This document shows positions 9,731 to 19,220 of a stretch of DNA of 64,000 bases, in pieces. This DNA comes from Candidatus Rokuibacteriota bacterium (GTDB lineage: Bacteria > Methylomirabilota > Methylomirabilia > Rokubacteriales > CSP1-6). The first letter of the stretch is position 1. Every line of letters starts with the position of its first letter. The notes below the pieces were generated by a model. The model did no database searches. It worked only from the letters and a program-made list of their open reading frames with translations, and was not told the origin of the DNA. The position numbers were made by a program, and so were the translations under genes. The DNA lies in NCBI GenBank assembly GCA_030647435.1, contig JAUSJX010000081.1, positions 2,913-66,912 on the forward strand, written 5' to 3'.

Positions 9731-10435
9731 ATGGCTGACACGCGCGGGACCATCCTCATCGTGGACGACGAGCCCGCCACGATCGAGCTGCTCTCCGACT
9801 ACCTCGGCGGCAAGCGGCTTGCCGTCGCCCGCGCGCACAACCTCGACGAGGCGCTGGCTGAGCTCGACCGGGAGCGCCCCAACGCCGTCCTCATCAGCCT
9901 GCGCCTGGGCGAGGCCGATGGGCTCGAGGTGCTCCAACGCATCCGGGAGGTCAACGTGCAGGTGGGGCTCCTCGTCATGGCCGAGCAGGAGGACGCGGGC
10001 CGCGCCAAGGAGGCGCTCGCGCTCGGGGCCATGGACTACCTCCTCAAGCCCATCGACTTCGACTATCTGAACCGCGCCATCGAGAAGGCCCTGAGCGTCT
10101 CGGCGCCGATGATCGACTACGCGGAGACGCCGCCCGAGCCCGCGGCGGCTCTGACGCCGTCCGGTCTGCTTTACGCGCTTGCCCTCGAAGTCTTCCGGGC
10201 GACGCGAGCGTTCTCTCCTGAGGCGCGCGCCTCGGTCGGCACCGGGCTCGAGCAGGCGGCGCTCGCCGCCATGCAGCGAGGTGTCGGCGGCGAGAAGGCC
10301 GAGGTCATTCGCGCGCTCAACCAGGTGCGCAACATGATCCGCTTCGCGTTTGACCTGGGCGACATCAGCGCCGAGACGGCCGGGCGTCTCGACGAGCACA
10401 TGGCGCGGGCGCGCCGGTCCGTGGGGCTGTCGTAG
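9731..10435 (+). CDS. Atypical receiver domain fused to a four-helix-bundle domain
   Basis: ILIVDDE and YLLKP receiver motifs, but Ser at the phospho-Asp position (AVLISLRL). C-terminus resembles the S23-IVP/Avd four-helix bundle. Confidence 0.8.
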   Translation: MADTRGTILIVDDEPATIELLSDYLGGKRLAVARAHNLDEALAELDRERPNAVLISLRLGEADGLEVLQRIREVNVQVGLLVMAEQEDAGRAKEALALGAMDYLLKPIDFDYLNRAIEKALSVSAPMIDYAETPPEPAAALTPSGLLYALALEVFRATRAFSPEARASVGTGLEQAALAAMQRGVGGEKAEVIRALNQVRNMIRFAFDLGDISAETAGRLDEHMARARRSVGLS

Positions 10436-10479
10436 CGCCCGGGCGCGCGCAGTCTTCCGTCCCGACTGGAGAGGACCTC

Positions 10480-11154
10480 GTGAATTCCGCCGTGCTGTTC
10501 GACTTCGGGGGCACGCTCGACGCCGACGGCCTGACGTGGAAGGAGCGCTTCCACCGCCTCTTCGAGGCCGAGGGCGTCGCCGTCGAGCCCGCGCGCTTCG
10601 ATCCCGTCTTCTACGCGGCCGACGATGCCCTCGTCGGCACCGTGCCGGAGTCCTTCTCGCTCGAGGAGACCGTCCGCCGTGTTGCCGACGGCGTGGCGAA
10701 AGCGCTTCGACCGAATGTTCCGGCGCTCGGCTCGCGGGTCGCGGCGCGCTTCCTTGCCGACGCCCGGGCCTGCTTCGAGTCGAACGCGCCGATCCTGGAG
10801 CGCCTCGCCCGCCGCTACCGCCTCGGCATCGTGTCCAACTTCTATGGCAATCTCGCGACGGTGTGCGATAATGCGCAGGTTCGGCGGTACTTTGGCGTCA
10901 TCATAGACTCGGCGCGGGTGGGGATCAGCAAGCCGGACCCGCGCATTTTCATGAAAGCTTTAGACGCGCTGGGGATCGAGCCGGGCCGCACGGTCATGGT
11001 TGGCGACTCACTGGCCCGCGACATGGCGGGAGCGCGCGCGGCCGGCATGGCCCACATCTGGCTCACGCCGGCCCCAGAGCGGCAGGGACGGCCGTGCTGC
11101 CCGGGCGACCGCGTGATCCAGTCGCTGCGCGACCTGGAGGGAATACTGCCGTGA
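10480..11154 (+). CDS. HAD-family hydrolase
   Basis: FDFGGTLD, IVSN, KPDPRIF, VGDSLARD. Confidence 0.9.
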   Translation: MNSAVLFDFGGTLDADGLTWKERFHRLFEAEGVAVEPARFDPVFYAADDALVGTVPESFSLEETVRRVADGVAKALRPNVPALGSRVAARFLADARACFESNAPILERLARRYRLGIVSNFYGNLATVCDNAQVRRYFGVIIDSARVGISKPDPRIFMKALDALGIEPGRTVMVGDSLARDMAGARAAGMAHIWLTPAPERQGRPCCPGDRVIQSLRDLEGILP

Positions 11155-11873
11155 CATTGGATCCGGGCCTCTCTGGGTCGCCGGGCCTATCGGGCGGCAT
11201 CATCGCCGCGGGCGAGGGCAGCCGCCTGAGGCAAGCCGGCTGGGCCGTGCCCAAGCCCATGGTAGAGGTGGCGGGCGTGCCGCTGATCGAGTCGGCGATC
11301 CGGAACTTCGTCGCCGCGGGCATCACGCGGCTGTCGATCATCGTCAACGAGCAGGAGCGCGACTGCGCGGCGTGGGTCCGCGGCCGGTTCCCCGAGCTCG
11401 ACCTCCGGCTGACCGTGAAGACGACCGCCTCGTCGCTCGAGAGCTTCCGCGAGGTCGCCGGCGGTCCCGGCGCGGGGCGCATGCTGGTCTCGACGGTGGA
11501 CGCCTGGTGCCGCGCGGCGGACTTTCGGCGCTTCGTGGAGGCGGCGCTCCGCCGGCCGCGCGAGGCGACGGTACTGGCGGTGACGCCGCTCGTAGCCGAC
11601 GAGAAACCGCTGGGAGCGGTCGTGGACGCCCTAGGCCGCATCACCGCGCTCGGCGTCGAGTCGCCCGCGCTCGTGACGGCCGGTGTGTACCTCCTGTCGG
11701 AGCGGGTGCGGCGCATCGAGCCGCCCGTCGGCCTCGGCAGGCTGCGGGAGCACCTGGCCTGGCTCCTGGAGTCAGGCGAGCCGATGTACGGGGACGTGAT
11801 CGAGACCGTCGTGGACGTGGATCGAGCCGAGGACGTGGCGCTGGCCGAAGCGCTGGCGGCGCGGGCCTCGTGA
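11151..11873 (+). CDS. NTP transferase (sugar/polyol-phosphate nucleotidyltransferase)
   Basis: IIAAGEGSRL...PKPM and DVD motifs; GTGA overlap with the HAD gene. Confidence 0.88.
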   Translation: MTLDPGLSGSPGLSGGIIAAGEGSRLRQAGWAVPKPMVEVAGVPLIESAIRNFVAAGITRLSIIVNEQERDCAAWVRGRFPELDLRLTVKTTASSLESFREVAGGPGAGRMLVSTVDAWCRAADFRRFVEAALRRPREATVLAVTPLVADEKPLGAVVDALGRITALGVESPALVTAGVYLLSERVRRIEPPVGLGRLREHLAWLLESGEPMYGDVIETVVDVDRAEDVALAEALAARAS

Positions 11874-11892
11874 GCGGACCGGGAGGAAGTGC

Positions 11893-12732
11893 GTGAACGA
11901 TTCTCATTGCTGGGGCATCTTCCGCGAGGAGGCGCACTCGCCGGGGCGGGAGAGCGACGACACCGAGATCCTGCGCCTGACCGCGAAGGGTCTCGAGGCC
12001 AAGGGGTTCCAGGTCGACCTGAAGACGCCTGACGAGCTGGGTGTCGTCACCGACACCAGGCCGCGCGGCATGTTCCTCATGTGCGAGCAGCCCGGGGCGC
12101 TCCAGGCGGTCACGGCGCTGGAGGTCTCCGGGGTTCGCGCGGTCAACAGCCCGGCCGCCGTGCTCAACACCTATCGCGAGCGCATGATCGCGCAGTTCGC
12201 GGAAGCGCGCGTGCCGTTCATCGCGAGCCGGCTCGTGACGACGTCGGACGAGCGCATCGCCGCGCCGCGGTCGCTGTGGGTCAAGCGCGCCGACGTCCAC
12301 AACACCCAGGAGGGCGACGTCGTCTATGCCGCGGACGCGGCGGCCGCCGCGCTCGCGCTCGAGGGGCTCGCGGCGCGCGGCATCCCGCGCGCCGTCCTCC
12401 AGCCCCACGTGGACGGCGACTTGATTAAGTTCTACGGCATCGGTCCCGGCGGCGGCGCCCACGGCGAGCCGCCCTGGTTCCGGTGGTTCTACCACAAGGA
12501 CCAGCAGCTCAGCGGCCACGCCTTCGACCAGCGCGCGCTCGCGCGCCTCGTGCGCCAGGCGGCCGGCGCGCTCGGCCTCGAGATCTACGGCGGCGACTGC
12601 ATCGCGACCGCTTCGGGCGAGCTCGTCCTGATCGACCTCAACGCGTGGCCGAGCTTCGCGCTCTTCCGCGAGGAGGCCGCCTCCGCCATCGCCGCGTACC
12701 TCTCGGTGCGCTTCACGGGGAGGCCGCGGTGA
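11893..12732 (+). CDS. ATP-grasp fold protein
   Basis: WVKR, VLQPHVDGDLIKFYG, IYGGDCI, LIDLNAWPSF. Confidence 0.82.
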   Translation: MNDSHCWGIFREEAHSPGRESDDTEILRLTAKGLEAKGFQVDLKTPDELGVVTDTRPRGMFLMCEQPGALQAVTALEVSGVRAVNSPAAVLNTYRERMIAQFAEARVPFIASRLVTTSDERIAAPRSLWVKRADVHNTQEGDVVYAADAAAAALALEGLAARGIPRAVLQPHVDGDLIKFYGIGPGGGAHGEPPWFRWFYHKDQQLSGHAFDQRALARLVRQAAGALGLEIYGGDCIATASGELVLIDLNAWPSFALFREEAASAIAAYLSVRFTGRPR

Positions 12733-14072
12733 GCGGGATGCGCGAGCCCGGGCCGCGGGAGCCAGGGCCGCGATCCAAGGAGATCGTCGAGCGCGAGCGG
12801 CGCCACGCCGCCGCCGGCGGGCAGGGCTTCGCGCTCTACGCGGGGCTCGCCATGGCGCGCGGCCAGGGGTGCACGCTCGTGGACGAGGACGGCCAGGAGT
12901 ACATCGACTTCATCGCGGGCGTCGCCGTGGGCTCCGTCGGTCACTGCCACCCGCACTACGTCGAGGCGCTCAAGAACCAGGTCGAGAAGCTCACCTTCGG
13001 CAGCTTCACGACCGAGGCGCGCGCGCGCTTCCTCGAGCTGGTCGCCTCCGTGACGCCCGAGGGGCTGACGCGCATCCAGATGTTCTCGGGCGGCGCTGAG
13101 GCTGTCGAGGCGGCGTTGAGACTCGCCAAAGTTGCCACGGGCAAGGACGAGGTCATCGGCTTCTGGGGCGGCTTCCACGGCAAGACCGGCGGCGTGCTGG
13201 GTCTCCTCGGCAGCGACTTCAAGCACCACCTGGGTCCCTTCATGCCGGGCCAGTACTCGACGCCGTATGCCGACTGCTACCGCTGCCCGCTCAAGCTCAC
13301 GTATCCCGACTGCGGCATCGCCTGCGCCGAGTTCGTTGGCGACGTGATCCGCTACCAGACGGGCGGCGAGATCGCGGCCATCATCGTCGAGCCGATGCAG
13401 GGCACGGCCGGGAACATCATCCCGCCCGAGGGTTTCCTGCGCGCCATTCAGCAGATCGCCAAGGATGCAGGCGCGCTCCTGATCGCGGACGAGATGATCA
13501 CGGGCTTTGGGCGAACGGGCCTCATGTGGGGCTCGGAGCACGACCGGGTCGTGCCCGACATCATGACCGTCGGCAAGGGCGTGGGCGGCGGCTTCCCGCT
13601 GTCCGCCGTCATCTCCACGGATGACCTGACGAGCCGGAAGCCCTGGTCCAACCCGTCCGCCAGCTCGTCCTCGTACGGCGCCAACCCGCTCGCCTCAGCG
13701 GCGGGGCTGGCGGCGCTCGAGATCATTCTCAAGGAAGACCTCGTCAAGAACGCCGACCGCGTGGGCGCCGTCATGCTCACCCGGCTCGAGGCGATGAAGG
13801 AGAAGTACCGGTGCGTGGGCGAGGTGCGCGGCCGCGGCCTGATGCTGGGCATGGAGCTGGTCAAGGACCGCCGCACCAAGGAGCCGCTCGGCAAGGACGT
13901 GACGCAGGCGCTCTACAAGGAGTGCCTCAGGCGCGGGCTTGCCGCGATGACGTATTCACCGACGGTGCGCATCAACCCGCCGCTGATCATCCGCGAAGAG
14001 GCCGCGCTCAACGGGCTCGCCATCCTCGACGAGGCCCTGGGGACGATAGTCAGGGAGCACCGGCTCCAGTAG
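12729..14072 (+). CDS. Class III PLP-dependent aminotransferase
   Basis: SGGAEAVE, FHGKT, IVEPMQG, DEMITGFGRTG, TVGKG; start GTG 12729 or ATG 12738. Confidence 0.92.
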   Translation: MSGMREPGPREPGPRSKEIVERERRHAAAGGQGFALYAGLAMARGQGCTLVDEDGQEYIDFIAGVAVGSVGHCHPHYVEALKNQVEKLTFGSFTTEARARFLELVASVTPEGLTRIQMFSGGAEAVEAALRLAKVATGKDEVIGFWGGFHGKTGGVLGLLGSDFKHHLGPFMPGQYSTPYADCYRCPLKLTYPDCGIACAEFVGDVIRYQTGGEIAAIIVEPMQGTAGNIIPPEGFLRAIQQIAKDAGALLIADEMITGFGRTGLMWGSEHDRVVPDIMTVGKGVGGGFPLSAVISTDDLTSRKPWSNPSASSSSYGANPLASAAGLAALEIILKEDLVKNADRVGAVMLTRLEAMKEKYRCVGEVRGRGLMLGMELVKDRRTKEPLGKDVTQALYKECLRRGLAAMTYSPTVRINPPLIIREEAALNGLAILDEALGTIVREHRLQ

Positions 14073-14073
14073 C

Positions 14074-15108
14074 ATGCTGCGCGGCGCCGTCATCGGGCTC
14101 GGCAATGTCGCCATCTACGGGCATCTGCCCGGGTGGCTCGGCCGCCCGGACGTTCGGATCGCGGCCGCCGCCGACTCCCGTCCCGCCCAGCGCGCCCTGT
14201 GCGAGGCGCGGCTTCCCGGCGCGCGCTGGTACGACTCGCCCGAAGATCTCCTGGCCGGCGAGCCGCTCGACTTCGTGGACATCTCCACCCCTCCCTCGAG
14301 CCACGCGCCCCTTATCGTCAGTGCCCTCGAGCGGGGCCTGCACGTGCTGTGCGAGAAGCCGCTCGTGAGTTCGCCCGCTGATCTGCGCCGCGTCACCCTA
14401 GCGGCCCGCTCGGCCGGCCGCGTGCTGCACACCGTGCACAACTGGCACCACGCGCCCATCCTCTCACTGACCGCCGACCTCATCCGCGAGGGCGAGATCG
14501 GTCGGGTGCGGCGCATTGTCTGGGAGACGCTGCGGGTGAGACCGGCAGCGGGCGGCAGTATCAACTGGCGGGTGGACCCCGCGGTGGCCGGCGGCGGCGT
14601 CCTCACCGACCACGGCTGGCACGTCTTCTACGTCCTGCCGGCCTGGGTCGGCGCGCGGCCGACAAGCGTCGGCGCGCGGCTCGAGACGCGGCGCCACACG
14701 GCTTTCGCCGTCGAGGACACGGCGTCGGTGCGGCTCGAGTTTGCCGACGCGAGCGCCGAGATTCTCCTGACCTGGGCCGCGGAGGAGCGGCGCAACCGGG
14801 TCGAGGTGGACGGCACGGAGGGGAGGATCGAGCTCCGCGACGACACGCTCGTGCTCACCGGCAAGGGTGGCGAGCGGCGCTGGTCGGGGCTGCCGGCGCT
14901 GTCGGACGGCTCGCATCATCCCGATTGGTTCCACAAGGTGGCGGGCCGCTTCATTGGGGCGGTGTCAGGAGGCGAGGGGCACGCGGACACCAACCTCGCG
15001 GAGGCGGCGCTCTGCTGCGAGATCGAGTACCTGGCTCGCGAGTCGAGCAGGCGGGGCGGAGCGCAGATACCGCTCAGCCGGGCGCCCCTCGCGGGGTCGC
15101 GTCTGTGA
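14074..15108 (+). CDS. Gfo/Idh/MocA-family oxidoreductase
   Basis: GLGNVA, HVLCEKP, GGGVLTDHGWH. Confidence 0.92.
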   Translation: MLRGAVIGLGNVAIYGHLPGWLGRPDVRIAAAADSRPAQRALCEARLPGARWYDSPEDLLAGEPLDFVDISTPPSSHAPLIVSALERGLHVLCEKPLVSSPADLRRVTLAARSAGRVLHTVHNWHHAPILSLTADLIREGEIGRVRRIVWETLRVRPAAGGSINWRVDPAVAGGGVLTDHGWHVFYVLPAWVGARPTSVGARLETRRHTAFAVEDTASVRLEFADASAEILLTWAAEERRNRVEVDGTEGRIELRDDTLVLTGKGGERRWSGLPALSDGSHHPDWFHKVAGRFIGAVSGGEGHADTNLAEAALCCEIEYLARESSRRGGAQIPLSRAPLAGSRL

Positions 15109-16187
15109 CGGAGAGCCTTCTCGTGGTCGTGGATGCCGGCGTGGCGCCCGACATCACTCCCGAGACGATGGTGGCGGGGCTGCCGCTCGGGCGGCGCCTC
15201 TTGCTCGCCGGGGCGCGCGCGGGACTCGCCTCCGCCCCGTCCTCGGAGCCGGGACGCCGGCGTGTGATCCTCGTACCGTCCAACGTCATCCCGCAGCCGC
15301 GGTGGCTGCGGGCCCTGGCCGCCATGCCGCTCCAGCCCGAGACGCTCTGGGTGGATCCCGCGCAGGTCGCCGTGGTGGACACCGACGATCCGAAGCCGGT
15401 GCTCGACGCCGCCGGCCGCGCGGCGAGCGCGGCCGAGTGCGTCGCCGCCCTCAAAGGCCGGTTCGCGACGATCGAGGGGACCGCGGATCACAGGGGCCGC
15501 TTCGCGGTTCGCACGGCCGGCGACCTGCGCCGCGCCGAGTCGTGGCTGCTGCGCGGTCTCATCAAGGACTCCGAGGGCTTCATGTCCCGCCACGTCGAGC
15601 GGCTGGTCTCGCTCGCGCTGACGCGGCGCCTCGTCTGGACCTCGGTCACCCCGAACGCGATGACGCTCGTCTCGCTCGCCATCGGCCTGGCGGCGGCGCC
15701 GTTCTTCCTCTCCTCGACCCCCGGCTGGCAGCTCGCGGGCGCGCTCCTCTTCCTCCTGCACTCGATCCTGGACGGCTGCGACGGCGAGATCGCGCGGCTG
15801 AAATTCCTCGAATCCGCGGGCGGGGCGGCGCTGGATTTCTGGGGCGACAACAGCGTCCACGTGGCGGTCTTCGGCTGCATGGCTGTCGGCTGGAGCCTCT
15901 CCGCGCATTCGCCATGGCCGCTCTGCGTGGGAGCGGTCGCCGTCGCCAGCACGCTCGCCGCCGCGTTCGTCGTCGCGCCCCACATGGTCTCGGCGTTCGC
16001 GACGGCGGGGTCGCGCTCGGCGGGGGCCAAGACGGCCGACGCGCTCGCCAACCGCGACTTCATCTACCTGATCGTGGCGTTGTCGGTCTTCGGCAAGGCG
16101 GGGTGGTTCATCGTCTTCGTCGCGATCGGCACGCCGATCTTCGTGCTCGTGCGGCTCTGGGCCGACCGGCCGCAGGGGAGAGCCTAG
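15105..16187 (+). CDS. CDP-alcohol phosphatidyltransferase with degenerate N-terminal nucleotidyltransferase-like region
   Basis: TPNAMT and DGCDGEIAR...GAALDFWGD signature; transmembrane helices. Confidence 0.9.
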   Translation: MTESLLVVVDAGVAPDITPETMVAGLPLGRRLLLAGARAGLASAPSSEPGRRRVILVPSNVIPQPRWLRALAAMPLQPETLWVDPAQVAVVDTDDPKPVLDAAGRAASAAECVAALKGRFATIEGTADHRGRFAVRTAGDLRRAESWLLRGLIKDSEGFMSRHVERLVSLALTRRLVWTSVTPNAMTLVSLAIGLAAAPFFLSSTPGWQLAGALLFLLHSILDGCDGEIARLKFLESAGGAALDFWGDNSVHVAVFGCMAVGWSLSAHSPWPLCVGAVAVASTLAAAFVVAPHMVSAFATAGSRSAGAKTADALANRDFIYLIVALSVFGKAGWFIVFVAIGTPIFVLVRLWADRPQGRA

Positions 16188-16190
16188 CCC

Positions 16191-17762
16191 GTGGCCGGGT
16201 TCATCGACGTCCTGCTCCGGGGGCTGGCCCTCTGCGGCCAGGCCGCCGCCATCGGAGGCGTGCTGTTCGCGCTGCTCGTCCTCAAGCCCGCCGCGCGCCG
16301 GCGCCCCGAGCTCTCCGCGCTGCTGGGCCGCCTCCTGCTCCTCGTCGTCGCGGGCGCAGTCGCCGTCACGGCAGGACAGCTTCTGGCGCTGACGGTCCAG
16401 CAGGTGGTGTTGGCGGGCGGGCAGGCGTGGCCCATCCGCGAGGTGCTCGGCACGGCCTACTTCCAGGCGAGCGCGCTCCGCGTGCTGACCTGCATTGCGC
16501 TCATCGTGGGCGCGCTTCGGCTCAGGCGGCGCCCCGACGCGCCCGGGTGGTGGCCCGCGATGGTGGCGCTGACCGTGGCGTTGGCCGCCACGGCAGCGGG
16601 GATCAGCCATGCGGCCGCGCGCCTCGAGCACGGCGGCGTCTTGTTTCTCCTGGACGCCGTGCACCAGTATGCCGCGTCAGTCTGGGTGGGAGGCCTCATG
16701 CATCTCACGGCCATGGCCTACGGGCGCGGCGGCGATGCGTGGCCGGCGCTCCTGCTCAAGCGCTTCTCGTCGATGGCGCTCTGCTCGGTGGTGGCGCTCG
16801 TCGCGGGGGGCGTCGGGTTGACGGTCTACTACGTGGACGGCTTCTCGGCTTTCACCGGGACGGCCTACGGCATGATGGTCGGCACCAAGATGACGATCCT
16901 GGCGCTCATCCTCGTGCTGGGCGCGCTCAACTTCTTCGTGGTGCGACGGCTGCCGTCGGCCGACCCCGTCTCGCTGCTGCGTCTCCGCCGCTTCGTGGAG
17001 GTCGAGCTGGGGCTCGGCGTCACCGTGCTCTTCGCCGCGGCCTCCCTGACGTCGCTGCCGCCCGCTGTGGACGTGGTCAATGACCGCGCCACGTTCGCCG
17101 AGGTCGCCCACGTGTTCACGCCCCGCGTGCCGTCCTTTACCTCGTCCAAGCTCGAGGACATGCCGCTGACCGACCGCGAGGCCCCGCGGACCGACGCGGA
17201 CCGGCAGTGGAGCGAGTACAACCACCACGTGGCCGGGCTGATCGTCCTGATCATGGGCATCCTCGCCATCCTCTACCGCACGGGCTGGGCGCCGTGGGCG
17301 CGGCACTGGCCGCTCGTCTTCTTCGCGCTGGCGGCTTTCCTGCTGGTGCGCAACGATCCGGGCTCCTGGCCATTGGGTCCGCAAGGTTTCTGGGCGGGCA
17401 TGCTCTTCACGGAGGTGCTCCAGCACCGGATCTTCGTGCTTCTCGTGCTGGGCTTCGGCACCTTCGAGTGGATGGTGCGCACGGGGCGTATCCGCTCGCC
17501 CCGCGCCGCCCTGGTCTTCCCCATCCTCTGCTCGGTGGGCGGCGCCCTTCTCCTCACGCACTCTCACGCCTCGCTGAACCTCAAGGCGGAGTACCTGATC
17601 GAAGTAACGCACATGCCCCTGGGCGGGATCGCCATGCTCGTGGGCTGGGGGCGCTGGCTCGAGCTGCGGCTCCAGCCCGGGGAGACGGCCCTGCCCGGGC
17701 GCGTCTGGTCGATCGGCTTGGCGATGGTCGGCGTGCTTCTTCTGCTTTACCGCGAGAGCTAG
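16191..17762 (+). CDS. CopD-family copper resistance membrane protein with extended C-terminal domain
   Basis: SHAAAR, H..AASVWVGGL, RFS, TAYG; C-terminal WSEYNHH, QH and HSH residues. Confidence 0.8.
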   Translation: MAGFIDVLLRGLALCGQAAAIGGVLFALLVLKPAARRRPELSALLGRLLLLVVAGAVAVTAGQLLALTVQQVVLAGGQAWPIREVLGTAYFQASALRVLTCIALIVGALRLRRRPDAPGWWPAMVALTVALAATAAGISHAAARLEHGGVLFLLDAVHQYAASVWVGGLMHLTAMAYGRGGDAWPALLLKRFSSMALCSVVALVAGGVGLTVYYVDGFSAFTGTAYGMMVGTKMTILALILVLGALNFFVVRRLPSADPVSLLRLRRFVEVELGLGVTVLFAAASLTSLPPAVDVVNDRATFAEVAHVFTPRVPSFTSSKLEDMPLTDREAPRTDADRQWSEYNHHVAGLIVLIMGILAILYRTGWAPWARHWPLVFFALAAFLLVRNDPGSWPLGPQGFWAGMLFTEVLQHRIFVLLVLGFGTFEWMVRTGRIRSPRAALVFPILCSVGGALLLTHSHASLNLKAEYLIEVTHMPLGGIAMLVGWGRWLELRLQPGETALPGRVWSIGLAMVGVLLLLYRES

Positions 17763-17887
17763 CCGGCCGCCGATAAGGGCCCATCTGCTTCGTTGGCGCC
17801 CTCGGCCGCAGGCTCAACGTAGCAGGGCTACGCCTCGCCTGCGACCTTCGAGCGCCGCCTCGCATCTGGACCCTTCTCGACGCCCTC
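17762..17887. repeat. MITE-like repeat family A, copy 1
   Basis: Reverse complement aligns with 28198-28324 and 33097-33240; imperfect terminal inverted repeats and a central CGTA..TACG hairpin. Confidence 0.88.
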
Positions 17888-17904
17888 CACCTCGGACAAA
17901 GACT

Positions 17905-19065
17905 TCAGACCGCTTCGAGGAGTAGTCCCTTCAGGTAGCGGGATTCTGGGACGGTCAATAGGACGGGGTGGTCGCGGCTCTGGGACAGCGTGCGCAGCAC
18001 CCGCACGTTGACGCCCGCATCGCCGGCGGCCTCGCGGCAGATCTCCTCGAAGAGCCCCGGCGTGATGTGGTGCGAGCAGGAGAAGGTCGCCAGCACCCCG
18101 CCGGGCTCGAGCAGCCTGAGACCCCGGATGTTGATCTCCTTGTAGCCGCGCGCCGCCGCCTCGATCGCGTCCTTCCGACGCGTGAAGGGCGGAGGATCGA
18201 GGACGACCACGCCGAAGCGCTCGCCTGCCGCCTCGAGACCCCGCAGGAGGTCGAAGGCATTGCCCTCCCTGAGCTCCGCCCGGGCCGTCGCGCCGTTCAG
18301 CTCCAGATTCCGTCGCGCCAGCGCGAGAGCGGCGGCCGACGAATCGAGCAGGAGCGCCTGGGTAGCGCCCGAGCGAAGCGCGTGGCAGGCGAAGCCGCCC
18401 GAGAAGCAGAAGGCGTCGAGCACGCGCCGCCCGTCGGCATGCCGAGCTACGAGGGCGCGGTTCTCGGCCTGGTCGAGGTAGAGGCCGGTCTTGTGGCCCG
18501 CGCCGGGGGTGACGCCGAAGCGGCAGTCACCCTCGGTGACCACGAGCTCTTGCCCTGCCGGATCCTGGCGGGCGTCGAAGCCCTCGAGGTGTGCCGCCGT
18601 CGGCTCGTCGAGCCGGTGGATGCTCCCGTCGGGGAATTGCCGCCAAAGGGCTGCCAAGATCCAGCCCTCCGCCTTGAACATCCCGAGCGTCAGGCACTGG
18701 ACCACGCTCACGGGGCCGTAACGGTCCACCACGAGACCGGGCAGCCCGTCCGCCTCGCTCCAGCAGAGGCGATAGGCATCGGAGACCAGGCCTGCCGTCC
18801 GGCGGTACTCCCAGGCGGCCTCGAGCCGGCGCCTGAAGAACGCGGCGTCAATGGCCTCGTCACGCCTCGTGAGGAGGCGACAGCAGAGCGACGGGCGGGG
18901 ATTGTAGAAGCCCTGGCCGAGGTAGCGGCCGCCGGCATCCACCACCTCGACGGCCTCGCCGGCCTGCGAGAAGCCCTTGAGGTCGGCGACCTGCGTCCGG
19001 TAGATCCAGGGGTGGCCGGCGTTGACTCGATGCTCGGCGCCGCGCTTGAGAATGAGCCTGGCCAT
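17905..19065 (-). CDS. RlmI-like class I SAM-dependent rRNA methyltransferase
   Basis: GHPWIY (PUA), SEADGLPGLVVDRY, GHKTGLYLDQ, LDPPPF, FSCS. Confidence 0.9.
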   Translation of the reverse strand: MARLILKRGAEHRVNAGHPWIYRTQVADLKGFSQAGEAVEVVDAGGRYLGQGFYNPRPSLCCRLLTRRDEAIDAAFFRRRLEAAWEYRRTAGLVSDAYRLCWSEADGLPGLVVDRYGPVSVVQCLTLGMFKAEGWILAALWRQFPDGSIHRLDEPTAAHLEGFDARQDPAGQELVVTEGDCRFGVTPGAGHKTGLYLDQAENRALVARHADGRRVLDAFCFSGGFACHALRSGATQALLLDSSAAALALARRNLELNGATARAELREGNAFDLLRGLEAAGERFGVVVLDPPPFTRRKDAIEAAARGYKEINIRGLRLLEPGGVLATFSCSHHITPGLFEEICREAAGDAGVNVRVLRTLSQSRDHPVLLTVPESRYLKGLLLEAV

Positions 19066-19080
19066 AGTGGTCTAGACGCT

Positions 19081-19213
19081 CCCCCTCACTGTTTCAGCCC
19101 TCGCCTCACCGCTCGAGGCGAGCGTTTCAGCTCGAACTCCGGCCCTCTCCCCCAGAGGGAGCGAGGGTTTCAATTCTCCCTCTCCCCGCTGGGGAGAGGG
19201 CCGGGGTGAGGGG
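19081..19213. repeat. CCCCTCAC-CCGGCCCTCTCCCC palindromic repeat (family C) interrupted by a family B unit at 19091-19138
   Basis: Left arm CCCCTCACT|CCGGCCCTCTCCCC is complementary to the right arm GGGGAGAGGGCCGGGGTGAGGGG; a 48-bp insert splits the left arm. Confidence 0.8.
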
Positions 19214-19220
19214 AAACTCC

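Noticed and set aside
9731..10435. Diversity-generating retroelement suggested by the Avd-like domain
   Set aside because: No reverse transcriptase and no template/variable repeat pair seen in the window.
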